A stretch of 32,000 nt of DNA from the NCBI GenBank assembly GCA_934691225.1, contig CAKUSQ010000001.1, forward strand, positions 660,001-692,000, in the 5' to 3' direction. The notes under the pieces are model-generated. The model was not told the origin of the DNA. It made no database searches and saw only the letters and a program-made list of their open reading frames with translations. Positions 6,448 to 15,941 of the stretch are shown piece after piece. The first letter of the stretch is position 1. Each line of letters starts with the position of its first letter. Origin of the DNA: an uncultured Opitutales bacterium. GTDB taxonomy: Bacteria; Verrucomicrobiota; Verrucomicrobiia; Opitutales; UBA9783. A program made the position numbers and the translations under genes.

Positions 6448-9275
6448 TATTTTTGTGACTTATCAGGTTTAATTTGAACACAAATGGCAGAATTTCTTTG
6501 TAAATAAGATTTGGCTACAGCTTCTACTTCAGTTTTAGAAATGCTTTCATAAGCTTTTACATCATTTAGAGCCCAGTTGATTTTTTGCGGCTGACTTTGC
6601 CAATTAGCTAGCCAATGGATCCAAAATTTATTCGTACCGATTTTTTTCTCCAAGGAGGTTATGATAGGTTTGATAGCACGATTTAGTTCATCTTGTGATA
6701 TACCATTTTTGGCTATATCATCAGCAATGGACATCGTTTTATCGGCAATAACGTCAAGTTTTGATGGAGCAACCGTGAGGTATGCGCTTATAAAACCACG
6801 ATCAAAAACAGAATTTTGTTTTTGAGCAACTTGTGGGCTATAAGTATCTCCTAAAATCTGCCTAATTTCTTGCAATAATCGGTTTTGTAAAACAGAACGT
6901 AAAATGTTTAAATTTCGAAGTGTTTTTGCATCATTGGTTGCTTTGGTAGGCCATACAATGTACAAAGTGGCTTTATCAAGTTCTGTATGACATGCAAAGA
7001 TTTTTGTTTGTGCTTCAGGCCATGGTAATGTTTGGGCTTCATGGTTGCAATTTTTTTGCATTTCGCGATCCTGTAACTTACCAAAAGTGGCTAATAGTTG
7101 ATTGATAATAGCTGTTCTATCAAAATCACCAACGATAGAAATTTCTAGGTATTGTTTATCAAATATAGGTGTTAAAAGTTTTTTTGCTTCGTCAAAATTT
7201 CGTTGCAATAGGATAGATTGTTCTGGATACCCAAAACGATTATCGTTGCTGCTCATGAAATTGACAACTTTTGATATAAAAATTCCTTCAATAGTTTTAT
7301 CAAAATAATCGTACCATGGTGGAATGTTTTTTTTGAAATCATCTAAACCTTCAGGGCGATATCCAGGTTCGATTAAGTAAGCGCCAATCAATTGTAATTG
7401 TTCCATTAAACACTTTCGATCCGTTACGCACTTAAACGCAAAACAATCATCTTCTACATCAAAATCTAGATTGATCATTTTACCATCAAAAATGCGGTTT
7501 AAAGTATTTCGATCACATTGTTTTAATCCCCCTGCGATAAAAGATGAATCTAACAGCAAATGAATGCCAGGATAGGAGGTGTTTTTTAACGATAAAAGCC
7601 CTGAGCCGACGCCAACATGAATTAAAATTCTATCTTTATCGAAATCCGTTTGTTTTAAATTAATGCGTACTTGATTGCTCAAGCGTAAGCTTTCAATTTG
7701 AAGTTTTTCATTAAAACTTCTGTCAATGATTTTTGCTTGAGCATCTCCTCCATAAGGAGATAAAAATTCATGTTTTTTTAGTGTTTCTGGTAGCTTTAGG
7801 ACGGTTTTCTGGCTTTCTAAAAATATTTTTTTAATACTTTCTGCGGTAACATCGTCAGGTAGGGGACCGCTAACAAAAAGGAAGCTTCCGTCATTCCATA
7901 AATTATTCCATAGACTTGCGCAGTATTCAGGTGTGATGTACGGAAGGACTGCATGCAAGTAAGTTTCGTGTTGTTGCGGAGATAAGAATATAGAATTCCA
8001 CATTAATTCATCTACAATGCTATCTGCAACAGTGCTCGAAGATGTGTTTTTCCATTCCGTGGATGTGTTTAAGGCGCGTCCAGTGAGAATTGTTTTAGCT
8101 CCTTCAAGTTCTTGTTGGGAAAACCCGAACGTTGTTACGTTTCGATGAAACTTTTCAAATTCTTGTATAAGTGTTGTTAGGTTATCTTTATTACCCGAAA
8201 AAGAAAGACGGCACCTGTCTATAGATTGAAAGCTTTTGTCGCGATTAACTTGAAAATCGTTGATACAGGTTTTGTTTTTTAATTCAGCTAAACGTTGTTT
8301 TAAAATGATTTCTATGAGTTCCCAAGCAACGGATTCTTTGAGGTCATTTAAGATGAGATGAGAGCGAGGTGTCAAATATCGTTGCGCTTGTAAATAAAGT
8401 GTTGTTTCAGGTAATTCTTTATTGGAAAAAATGCTAACTTCTAATTTGTCTTTAGGCGATGAAATAGGCCCAAAATCAGGATTAGATAATGTTAATGCAT
8501 TATTTTTTTCTTTTTGTGGAGTAGCAAATGTAGCTTTAATGTGTTTTAATACATCACGTTTATTTAGGTCTCCTGTTACGATGATAGACATTCTGTGTGG
8601 TTTATACCATTGATTATAAAAATCAAAAAAATGCTTGGATGTGAAACTATTTATAGTGTCTTCCACACCTATAATAAATCGTTTTGAAAGTAAGGAATCA
8701 GGATATAAAAATTTAGACATTGCTTTGTAAGATCTGTAGAGAATGGAATCGTGTGTTCGCATTTCGGATAATATAACACCGCGTTCACGTTCAATTTCTT
8801 CCGGTAAAAATAAGCAACCGAAAGCTTGATCCCATAAAACTTTCAGACCTTTAATAAGGTCGGCATTATCATTGTGAGGAAGGTCAATTTGGTAGCAGGT
8901 ATAAAGGTAATGTGTAAAAGCATTAGTGTCGTTACCAAACCCCATACCGTTATCTTGAAAGTAATGAATTAAAGTTCCAGGTTTGAAATTTTTGGTTCCA
9001 TTGAATGTCATATGTTCAATAAAATGAGCAATACCATCATTGGTCTCATTTTCCATGGCCGCACCTGCATTGACCATTAAGCGTAAACTGATAAAACCTT
9101 TGGGGGAAGCGTGAGGATAGATGTAGTAATGCATACCATTAGGCAGTACTCCATGCGTTAATTCAGGTGCTTGTTTGAGGGGTGCATTCCATTCAGGTGA
9201 TTTTTTACTAAAAAGCCCTGGCAAGCAGGTAAAAATGATGAAATAAAGTAGGATGTTTTTATAAATGCGTATCAT
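6447..9275 (-). CDS. M16 (insulinase/pitrilysin) family zinc peptidase, secreted, large two-unit form
   Basis: 942 aa. Signal peptide is MIRIYKNILLYFIIFTCLPGLFS. The inverted zinc motif HFIEHMTFNGT (HxxEH) and the downstream ERERGVILSEM Glu are present. Its start overlaps the stop of the upstream M16 gene (ATGA). Confidence 0.85.
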   Translation of the reverse strand: MIRIYKNILLYFIIFTCLPGLFSKKSPEWNAPLKQAPELTHGVLPNGMHYYIYPHASPKGFISLRLMVNAGAAMENETNDGIAHFIEHMTFNGTKNFKPGTLIHYFQDNGMGFGNDTNAFTHYLYTCYQIDLPHNDNADLIKGLKVLWDQAFGCLFLPEEIERERGVILSEMRTHDSILYRSYKAMSKFLYPDSLLSKRFIIGVEDTINSFTSKHFFDFYNQWYKPHRMSIIVTGDLNKRDVLKHIKATFATPQKEKNNALTLSNPDFGPISSPKDKLEVSIFSNKELPETTLYLQAQRYLTPRSHLILNDLKESVAWELIEIILKQRLAELKNKTCINDFQVNRDKSFQSIDRCRLSFSGNKDNLTTLIQEFEKFHRNVTTFGFSQQELEGAKTILTGRALNTSTEWKNTSSSTVADSIVDELMWNSIFLSPQQHETYLHAVLPYITPEYCASLWNNLWNDGSFLFVSGPLPDDVTAESIKKIFLESQKTVLKLPETLKKHEFLSPYGGDAQAKIIDRSFNEKLQIESLRLSNQVRINLKQTDFDKDRILIHVGVGSGLLSLKNTSYPGIHLLLDSSFIAGGLKQCDRNTLNRIFDGKMINLDFDVEDDCFAFKCVTDRKCLMEQLQLIGAYLIEPGYRPEGLDDFKKNIPPWYDYFDKTIEGIFISKVVNFMSSNDNRFGYPEQSILLQRNFDEAKKLLTPIFDKQYLEISIVGDFDRTAIINQLLATFGKLQDREMQKNCNHEAQTLPWPEAQTKIFACHTELDKATLYIVWPTKATNDAKTLRNLNILRSVLQNRLLQEIRQILGDTYSPQVAQKQNSVFDRGFISAYLTVAPSKLDVIADKTMSIADDIAKNGISQDELNRAIKPIITSLEKKIGTNKFWIHWLANWQSQPQKINWALNDVKAYESISKTEVEAVAKSYLQRNSAICVQIKPDKSQK

Positions 9276-11884
9276 AAGTTACAAAGTTTAGGGGTTATGA
9301 GTAAAGTGCATGCGTTAGAGGGTGATAACCATTGTCGGCAATTTTCAAAGAATTCATCTAAGGTTATAGAATTGATATGTTGTTCATAAGCATTCCATTG
9401 TTCTAGTGGTAAACCTAGAAGGCAATGATAACCTACTTGAAAAGCTTTGCGTCCTATGGTTTGTAAGCGCAATTGATGGTTAACGTTTAAACAGGTTCGG
9501 CAAATTTCAAATTCTTGACGTGTAATTTTTTGATCTAATACGCGTTTAATGCATTTAAACATTTCCTGTTCAACCGTGTTTATAGCTTCCCTTTGTGTAC
9601 CTGCAAATAAGCAAAACATACCTGTTTGCAGGCCTAACAATCGGGTGGCTCCAACTGTGTATGCAAGCCCTCGCTTTTCACGAACTTCTTCTACAAAAAA
9701 GCTGGATAATCCATTAAATAATTCCTCTAAAAATTCGCTTGCGTAAAAGTTTTTACCTATCATGCCATCGATAGGATACGCTTGAAAAACCATAGCTTGT
9801 TCTTTGTTCAGTTGCAAAGTTGAATGGGGTAGCGGTTTAAATGAAAGATTGTCTTTTAAAGGTAAAAAATCGCGGTTGTACTTCAATGCTTGGCACAAAG
9901 GACTTAAGTAGTTCGTGATTTCTTCTTGCGATAAAGAGGTAGAAACAGAAAGAATGCAGTTGTTTTTGCATACAAGTTGTTTGTAAAGTTGTATGCAGTC
10001 TTCAAGATTTATGTTCGGGATGCTAGATTCGCAACCTAATTGTCCTATGCAATAGGGATGTTGCTGGAAAAATTGCTGGCGAATTTTTTGAAAACCTACA
10101 TAGAATACATCATCTTGCATTTCTTGCAGTTCGGCTAATTGAGCATTTTTTTCAGTTGTAAATGTATCGGGTAAAAAAGCAGGTTCGGTAAGCGCATTTT
10201 TTAAAATATGACATGCAAGTTCAATATCTTTTGATAGAACTTCAACCGATAAACCAAAGTGATTATTACCTGAAAAACTATTAAATTGCCCACCTATGCG
10301 TTCAATGGATTCGGCTATTTCTAACGTTGATTGGTGTTGAGTGTCTTTGGTTAGTAAGGTTGCTAACAATTGTGTTAATCCGCGCTTATCGTTGGTTTCA
10401 TAGAGTGATCCAGCTGCAAAAAGTGCTTGAATATTTGTTTTAGGAAAATGATCGCAATGCTGTACAAGAACACGAACACCTTCAATCGTAATTTCTTGAA
10501 TGCCTAATGAAACGGTTTTAGATGTACGTTGAAAATGCTTGTCATTAGAACAGCCATAAGGATCTAAAGAGACATGCGTGCAAGAAACTTCTTTAAAATA
10601 TTTACCAATAATACTTTTTACTGCATCCGGTGTTAAATTCCGTAATTCTTCTAAATAATGTTTTGTATAATTTTCATCGCCTAAACAGACGTTAGCCCAT
10701 CCAATGTGATGCGCCTGACCTGAAACCGTTTTTTGTGTATCTAACTCAGAAATGATAGCTTGATTATAAGCTTTTTGAATGGTTTGTTCTGATATATGAT
10801 CGTAAGATAACTTCGCTAAATTTGTTTGTAAATAAGACTCAACTTGAGCTTTTTTATGACTATCACAGGTATATTGTATCCAAAATAATCCTTGTCCGTC
10901 GGCCATCCAAGAAGAGGCATCAATGTTATATATGATGTGCAATTCTTCACGAAGTTTTTGATATAATAGAGAACTTTCACCACTGCCTAACACACTTGCA
11001 AGTACTTGCAATTTAGCGCTATCTTTGTGACCAATCCCTGGGATTTTATACGCAATGGTACCGCGCGATAATTGATAATCTCCGTGGTCTTGAGCGTTTC
11101 GCTGTGCTAATTGAAAGGGTTCTTGTGGAATAAATATTGGGGCAACGCTTCTAGGCAGATAATTGCCTAGATAATGTTGTACTTTGTCTTTTACCTCTGA
11201 AAGCTCTAAATTGCCTGCAATAACCAAGGTCATGTTATTGATAGCGTAGCGTTCTTTCCAGTAAGCTAGTAAATCATCGCATGTTAATTTTTTAAATATG
11301 TTGCGAATGCCAATGATAGGATAATGGTAGGGGTGTTTTTGAAAGGCATTTTTGAAAAGAATTTGGCTTAAGCGATCATCTGGATCATCGTTGCACATGT
11401 CAATTTCTCGCAGGATAACATCGCGTTCCTTATTGAGTTCATTTTCATCAAAAATTGAACATTGAAGCATGTCACCTAAAATATCTAAACCCGTATCTAA
11501 CGATTGCGTGCAACCATCATAGGTATAAACTGTCCTGTCAAATGAGGTATAAGCATTTATTTTTGCCCCTTGCGCTTGTGTTTCTTTGAAAATTTGACCA
11601 TAGGTTCTTTTTTCAGTCCCTTTAAACACCATGTGTTCAACAAAATGAGAAATGCCGGATCCTAAAAATCGACCTTCATGAATGCTGCCTGTTTTAACCC
11701 ACATTTGAAGTGCAAGCACATCCGTGTTTTGTACAGGAAGGAATAAAATAGATAGTCCATTATCAAGTTGAAAATGTATAGATTTTTGCGATAAAAAAGA
11801 TATTTCTTCCTGCGAAACCATAGACATTTTTATTATTGTTTTATAGGTTTGAGTTGTAAAGACTAAAATTGATAAATAGTTCAC
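9272..11884 (-). CDS. M16 (insulinase) family zinc peptidase, with no obvious signal peptide
   Basis: It carries HFVEHMVFKGT (HxxEH) and NKERDVILREI. The track start at 11884 is a GTG. The ATG at 11825-11827 (MSMVSQEE...) is the more likely start. It is translationally coupled to the downstream M16 gene. Confidence 0.85.
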   Translation of the reverse strand: MNYLSILVFTTQTYKTIIKMSMVSQEEISFLSQKSIHFQLDNGLSILFLPVQNTDVLALQMWVKTGSIHEGRFLGSGISHFVEHMVFKGTEKRTYGQIFKETQAQGAKINAYTSFDRTVYTYDGCTQSLDTGLDILGDMLQCSIFDENELNKERDVILREIDMCNDDPDDRLSQILFKNAFQKHPYHYPIIGIRNIFKKLTCDDLLAYWKERYAINNMTLVIAGNLELSEVKDKVQHYLGNYLPRSVAPIFIPQEPFQLAQRNAQDHGDYQLSRGTIAYKIPGIGHKDSAKLQVLASVLGSGESSLLYQKLREELHIIYNIDASSWMADGQGLFWIQYTCDSHKKAQVESYLQTNLAKLSYDHISEQTIQKAYNQAIISELDTQKTVSGQAHHIGWANVCLGDENYTKHYLEELRNLTPDAVKSIIGKYFKEVSCTHVSLDPYGCSNDKHFQRTSKTVSLGIQEITIEGVRVLVQHCDHFPKTNIQALFAAGSLYETNDKRGLTQLLATLLTKDTQHQSTLEIAESIERIGGQFNSFSGNNHFGLSVEVLSKDIELACHILKNALTEPAFLPDTFTTEKNAQLAELQEMQDDVFYVGFQKIRQQFFQQHPYCIGQLGCESSIPNINLEDCIQLYKQLVCKNNCILSVSTSLSQEEITNYLSPLCQALKYNRDFLPLKDNLSFKPLPHSTLQLNKEQAMVFQAYPIDGMIGKNFYASEFLEELFNGLSSFFVEEVREKRGLAYTVGATRLLGLQTGMFCLFAGTQREAINTVEQEMFKCIKRVLDQKITRQEFEICRTCLNVNHQLRLQTIGRKAFQVGYHCLLGLPLEQWNAYEQHINSITLDEFFENCRQWLSPSNACTLLITPKLCNL

Positions 11885-12021
11885 AGCAAATGCCTAGTTT
11901 TAGTAGAATGCTGAGGTTATGAACGAATGCATTATTAAAATTGACATAATTTTTATTTTTGTCAAAATGTGTACCTATGTGGATCTCTAAGTGTTTCTGA
12001 TGCAATTCTAGAATAATTAAT

Positions 12022-13416
12022 GTGAGGAGAATATTCATATTTTTTTTTGCAAAAGTAGCTGTATGTATGGCTATCATCGTAAGTTCGATTGGCTATGCTT
12101 ATCCTAGGTTTTTTGAAACAAAATTAACGGAAGATAAAGAAGTCGTATTGTTTAGGCCTTTTGTAGCTAGGTATAAATATAATTTGCATGGAAATTATCG
12201 TGAAGAAAATTATTTGCTGTATCCATTAGGTCGAGAGTATCGTCAGAAAGGCCATTTATACTGGAGTACTTTGTTGGGTTTGTTTAATTATGAACTCAGG
12301 GAAACCGATCGTAGGTTGCAAGAGGGGGCGTTTTATCCTTTTTATTTTTTTAAGAAGGGATTTAGTAAAGAAGCTGATTATGCTGCTATTTGGCCATTAG
12401 GAGGAACGGTTAAAAATTTTTTAGGTAAAGATCAATCCGATTGGTTTTTATGGCCGTTGTGGGTAAAAACAAAGAATAACGGAACAATTAATTACTGGTT
12501 TCCATGGCCATTTTTAAATAAATGTACAGGAAATGCAGATGGTTTTGGATTTTGGCCATTGGGAGGACATTTTTTTCAAAAAGATGTGTATGATAAGCGT
12601 TATGTGCTTTGGCCTTTGTTTTATCATCATGCGTATTTTCAGGATAACACAATTAAGAAAGGTTTTTTGCCATTTTATGCGTACGAATATAGTCCTAATG
12701 TTAAAGATTTATCCATTTTTTGGCCTATTTGGGGGCATCGTTGGGAAAAAACACCGCGCTACGAAGAGCATCGTATTTTGTGGCCATTATGGGTTCAAGG
12801 ACGAGGGGTAGAACGCAATGTGAATCGTTGGGCCCCTTTTTACACACATTCGGAAAATAAACGTTTAAAGCATGAAAAGACGTGGTATCTATGGCCTTTG
12901 ATTAAACATCAACGTTGGGAAGAGCGTGGAGTTGATGTCCAACAAGAACAGTTTATGTACTTTATTTTTTGGCATCAGGAACAAAAAGATTGTAAAACGA
13001 AAAAATTTTTGGCAAGGAAAACACATTTTTGGCCGTTTTATAGTTATTGGGAGAATAATCAAGGCTGCAAACAATTACAAATGTTGAGTCCTTTTGAAGT
13101 TTTTTTTCAAGGTAATAAAGTGATTCAGGATGTTTATACACCTTTGTTTAGTTTGTATCGTTACAATGAAAATAGCTATGGTGTTGAACAGAGTTTTTTG
13201 TTCAATATGTTTCGTGAAAAAAGGACGATGAATGATGAAGTAACAATGAATTTTAGTTTTTTGTTGGATTATAAAAATACGCAGCAAGAAAAATCAATTT
13301 CGTTATTGAAAGGTTTGTTTGAATATAAGAAAATTAACAATGAAAAATCCTTGAAATTATTTTGGATGAGATTGAAAAAAAATCAGACAAGCAAAAAGGA
13401 TTGTAAAGTTTTATGA
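12022..13416 (+). CDS. Secreted aromatic-Pro (WP) repeat protein of unknown function, first gene of the mla-type array
   Basis: 464 aa from a GTG start. Signal-peptide-like N-terminus is MRRIFIFFFAKVAVCMAIIVSSIGYA. About 15-20 tandem units of 19-22 aa are each headed by [FLIW]-[WYLA]-P-[LFI], for example IWPLGG, LWPLWV, FWPLGG, LWPLFY, FWPIWG, LWPLWV, LWPLIK and FWPFYS. Its stop overlaps the mlaE start (ATGA at 13413-13416). Confidence 0.7.
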   Translation: MRRIFIFFFAKVAVCMAIIVSSIGYAYPRFFETKLTEDKEVVLFRPFVARYKYNLHGNYREENYLLYPLGREYRQKGHLYWSTLLGLFNYELRETDRRLQEGAFYPFYFFKKGFSKEADYAAIWPLGGTVKNFLGKDQSDWFLWPLWVKTKNNGTINYWFPWPFLNKCTGNADGFGFWPLGGHFFQKDVYDKRYVLWPLFYHHAYFQDNTIKKGFLPFYAYEYSPNVKDLSIFWPIWGHRWEKTPRYEEHRILWPLWVQGRGVERNVNRWAPFYTHSENKRLKHEKTWYLWPLIKHQRWEERGVDVQQEQFMYFIFWHQEQKDCKTKKFLARKTHFWPFYSYWENNQGCKQLQMLSPFEVFFQGNKVIQDVYTPLFSLYRYNENSYGVEQSFLFNMFREKRTMNDEVTMNFSFLLDYKNTQQEKSISLLKGLFEYKKINNEKSLKLFWMRLKKNQTSKKDCKVL

Positions 13417-14156
13417 GAATTTTAAAAGATTGGCAATATGCGTTTAGTTTGCTGGTGGGTTCCTTGAAAGAATTGAGGTACCTGATGCGTCAGCTGCCAC
13501 GTTGCATTGCACATAGTTGCAATATTGGTTATAAAACATTACCGATTGTTGCCATTTTAAGTTTGTTTATGGGAGGAATTTTAGCCCTGCAAACCGGGTA
13601 TAGTTTAAGTAAATTACCCGGAGCACAATCGTTTTTGGGAAGCATTGTTGGATTATCTATGTGTCGAGAATTGGGGCCTTTAATGACGGCTTTTTTGTTA
13701 ACCGGGCGCGTGGGATCAGCTATTACAGCAGAATTAGCTTCGATGTCCGTTTATCAAGAAATTGATGCATTACGAACGATGAATTTGTCGCCAGTTCGTT
13801 TATTGGTGATGCCACGATTGTTAGGAGGATTATTAATGATGCCATTTTTAACCATGTTTTCAAATGTTTTGGGATGGTTAGGTGGATGGCTAATTGTAAA
13901 AATGGTAGATATAATTTCCATTGATGGAAGCATTTATTGGCGCAGTTTGAAACAGTATGTGGATGTGGAAAGCATTTGTGATGGTTTGATAAAAGCTGAA
14001 TCTTTTGCATTAACCATCATACTTATGAGTTGTTCAATCGGGCTCAGGACGCGTGGAGGGCCACGAGAGATAGGTGCTTCCGTAACTAGCACCTTGGTAC
14101 AAACGATGGTAGCTATTTTGGTACTAGATTACTTTTTAACCAATTTGCTTATTTAA
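13413..14156 (+). CDS. mlaE: MlaE-family ABC transporter permease (phospholipid/lipid maintenance)
   Basis: 247 aa polytopic protein. Motifs are GYSLSKLPGAQSFLGSIVGLSMCRELGPLMTAFLLTGRVGSAITAELASM..YQEIDALRTM, the characteristic MlaE/YrbE block. Confidence 0.85.
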   Translation: MRILKDWQYAFSLLVGSLKELRYLMRQLPRCIAHSCNIGYKTLPIVAILSLFMGGILALQTGYSLSKLPGAQSFLGSIVGLSMCRELGPLMTAFLLTGRVGSAITAELASMSVYQEIDALRTMNLSPVRLLVMPRLLGGLLMMPFLTMFSNVLGWLGGWLIVKMVDIISIDGSIYWRSLKQYVDVESICDGLIKAESFALTIILMSCSIGLRTRGGPREIGASVTSTLVQTMVAILVLDYFLTNLLI

Positions 14157-14159
14157 ATT

Positions 14160-14945
14160 ATGTCTATTTTTAATTCGAAAACAAAAACAGCTGTTTCTAT
14201 CAAAGTAGAAGAGGTAAGCAAAACCTTTGGTTCACATACGGTTTTAGAGAAATTAAATCTGTCGGTATCACCAGGTGAAGTTTTTGTTTTAATGGGACCA
14301 AGTGGTACAGGTAAAAGTGTTTTTTTAAAGTTGCTTTCAGGGTTGGATCAGCCTACTTCCGGTAAAATTGAAATCAATCATACGCCATTGAAAGAAGTTC
14401 GGGCGACACAAAAGTACGTATTAGGACTTGTTTTTCAAGCAGGTGCCTTATTCAATTCGATGAATGTATTTGATAATTTGGCACTGTACTTTCGCGAGCA
14501 TGCTCTATTTAGCGAAGCTGAAATAGAAAAACGTATTGGGCAAGTTTTGCATCTTTTAAACTTGAGGGATGCAGCCTTATTGATGCCAGCTGATTTGTCT
14601 GGAGGTATGAAAAAACGTGTAGCGTTGGCTCGTGGATTGCTTATGGAACCTGATGTTTTATTGTTTGATGAGCCTACTTCAGAACTTGATCCGATGACGG
14701 CCGCTTCCATCATAGAATTAATTGGCTATGTCAATAAGAATTTAGGCATTACTACCGTTATTGCTTCACACGATATTGCTTTAGCCAGAAGTATAGGGCA
14801 CCACATTGGCGTTTTACAGAATGGTAAAATTGAGGAGATTTATACCCCAGAAACGCTTATACAATCCAGCAATGTTTTTGTTAAGAATTTTTTAAATCCA
14901 ACCGTTAATATAGAACATCCTAAATTTGTATCTTTTTTATCATGA
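14160..14945 (+). CDS. mlaF: MlaF-like ABC transporter ATP-binding protein
   Basis: Walker A is GPSGTGKS, the Q-loop is VFQAGALF, the ABC signature is LSGGMKKRVALAR, Walker B is LLFDEPTSELD and the H-loop is ASHD. Confidence 0.9.
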   Translation: MSIFNSKTKTAVSIKVEEVSKTFGSHTVLEKLNLSVSPGEVFVLMGPSGTGKSVFLKLLSGLDQPTSGKIEINHTPLKEVRATQKYVLGLVFQAGALFNSMNVFDNLALYFREHALFSEAEIEKRIGQVLHLLNLRDAALLMPADLSGGMKKRVALARGLLMEPDVLLFDEPTSELDPMTAASIIELIGYVNKNLGITTVIASHDIALARSIGHHIGVLQNGKIEEIYTPETLIQSSNVFVKNFLNPTVNIEHPKFVSFLS

Positions 14946-15934
14946 AAACAAAGTATGAAAGTATTCGCGTAATTCTGTTTGCCGTATTTGGGTTATTCCT
15001 AATGTATGTTGTTTATTCAGCGTTGAATAACTTATCTGTTTCGCGACATGACAGTTACAATATTAAAGCACTTTTTACCGATTTAAAACAATTGCAAATC
15101 GGCGATGATGTTAGGATTGCGGGTGTTCGTGTAGGAAGCGTTACCCATACTTATCTTAATAAGGGTTTGGCTGTAGCTGTATTGAGCATAGAAAAAAAAT
15201 ACGCTATACCTGAAGATTCTGTCGCTACTATTTTAATGGCTGGATTGTTGGGAGCGAATTATATTTCTATTGTTCCAGGAATCTCAACAAATATGATGGA
15301 TGAATCAGGTTTTTTAGAAACGCAAAAAGTTTCGGATGTTTCTTCAGTGATTCAAAAATTTAGTTCTATCGGTGATCGATTGAATCGAATTTTGTCAGGA
15401 TTTGATGGAAGCGATGAAGGTGATGCCTCAGGAAGGCCTAATTTGTTTCAGGAATTGGGTGATTTCTTCCACAATAATAAAGATAAATTAGAAAAAATTG
15501 TGGACAATATTTCAGAGATTACCGGAAAGATTTCAGAAGGGCAGGGGACTTTGGGCCGACTTATCAATGAGGATCAAGCTTACAATGATTTGTTAGATAC
15601 CATGCAGTCTATAAAAACAGCTGCACTTAAGGTGGATTCTATATTGAAAAATTTTGATGATATTTCCAAAAACATAAAAGATGGTGACGGATTGCTGTGC
15701 AAATTAATTTCAGACGAAAAAACAGCGCAATCCTTTGAAGAAATCTTAAACAATATTAAGTCGTTTTCAAATAAGTTAAATAGTGAAAATAGCACTTTGG
15801 GACGTATCATTTCAAATGATGATTTGTATAAGCAGGCAGAAGCAACTTTAGGAAAAGTCGAAAAAGCTGTGGATAGCGTTTCAAATTCAGGCCCTATCAC
15901 TGCTGTTGGAGCCGCTGCAAGTGCATTATTTTAA
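14942..15934 (+). CDS. mlaD: MlaD/MCE-domain protein with a long helical C-terminal extension
   Basis: It has one N-terminal TM segment (VILFAVFGLFLMYVVY). The MCE domain reads IKALFTDLKQLQIGDDVRIAGVRVGSVT...AGLLGANYISIVPG. About 190 aa of helical, coiled-coil-like sequence follow. Its start overlaps the mlaF stop. Confidence 0.8.
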   Translation: MKTKYESIRVILFAVFGLFLMYVVYSALNNLSVSRHDSYNIKALFTDLKQLQIGDDVRIAGVRVGSVTHTYLNKGLAVAVLSIEKKYAIPEDSVATILMAGLLGANYISIVPGISTNMMDESGFLETQKVSDVSSVIQKFSSIGDRLNRILSGFDGSDEGDASGRPNLFQELGDFFHNNKDKLEKIVDNISEITGKISEGQGTLGRLINEDQAYNDLLDTMQSIKTAALKVDSILKNFDDISKNIKDGDGLLCKLISDEKTAQSFEEILNNIKSFSNKLNSENSTLGRIISNDDLYKQAEATLGKVEKAVDSVSNSGPITAVGAAASALF

Positions 15935-15941
15935 TACAAAG

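Noticed and set aside
7102-9746. Short + strand ORFs inside the M16 peptidase genes (7102-7308, 8422-8613, 9549-9746)
   Set aside because: They are antisense shadows of long, motif-supported - strand genes.
11841-12077. Track ORF 11841-12077 (-) spanning the divergent promoter region
   Set aside because: It overlaps the starts of both flanking genes, its sequence is low-complexity, and its position is more plausibly promoter or 5' UTR.
12533-13287. Alternative-frame and antisense ORFs inside the WP-repeat gene (12533-12811 +, 12889-13074 -, 13075-13287 -)
   Set aside because: The main frame is a continuous 464 codons with a periodic repeat and a signal peptide. These ORFs are by-products of AT-rich repetitive sequence.
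13723-15900. Antisense ORFs in mlaE, mlaF and mlaD (13723-14010, 14435-14713, 15580-15900)
   Set aside because: The sense-strand genes have unambiguous ABC and MCE motifs.
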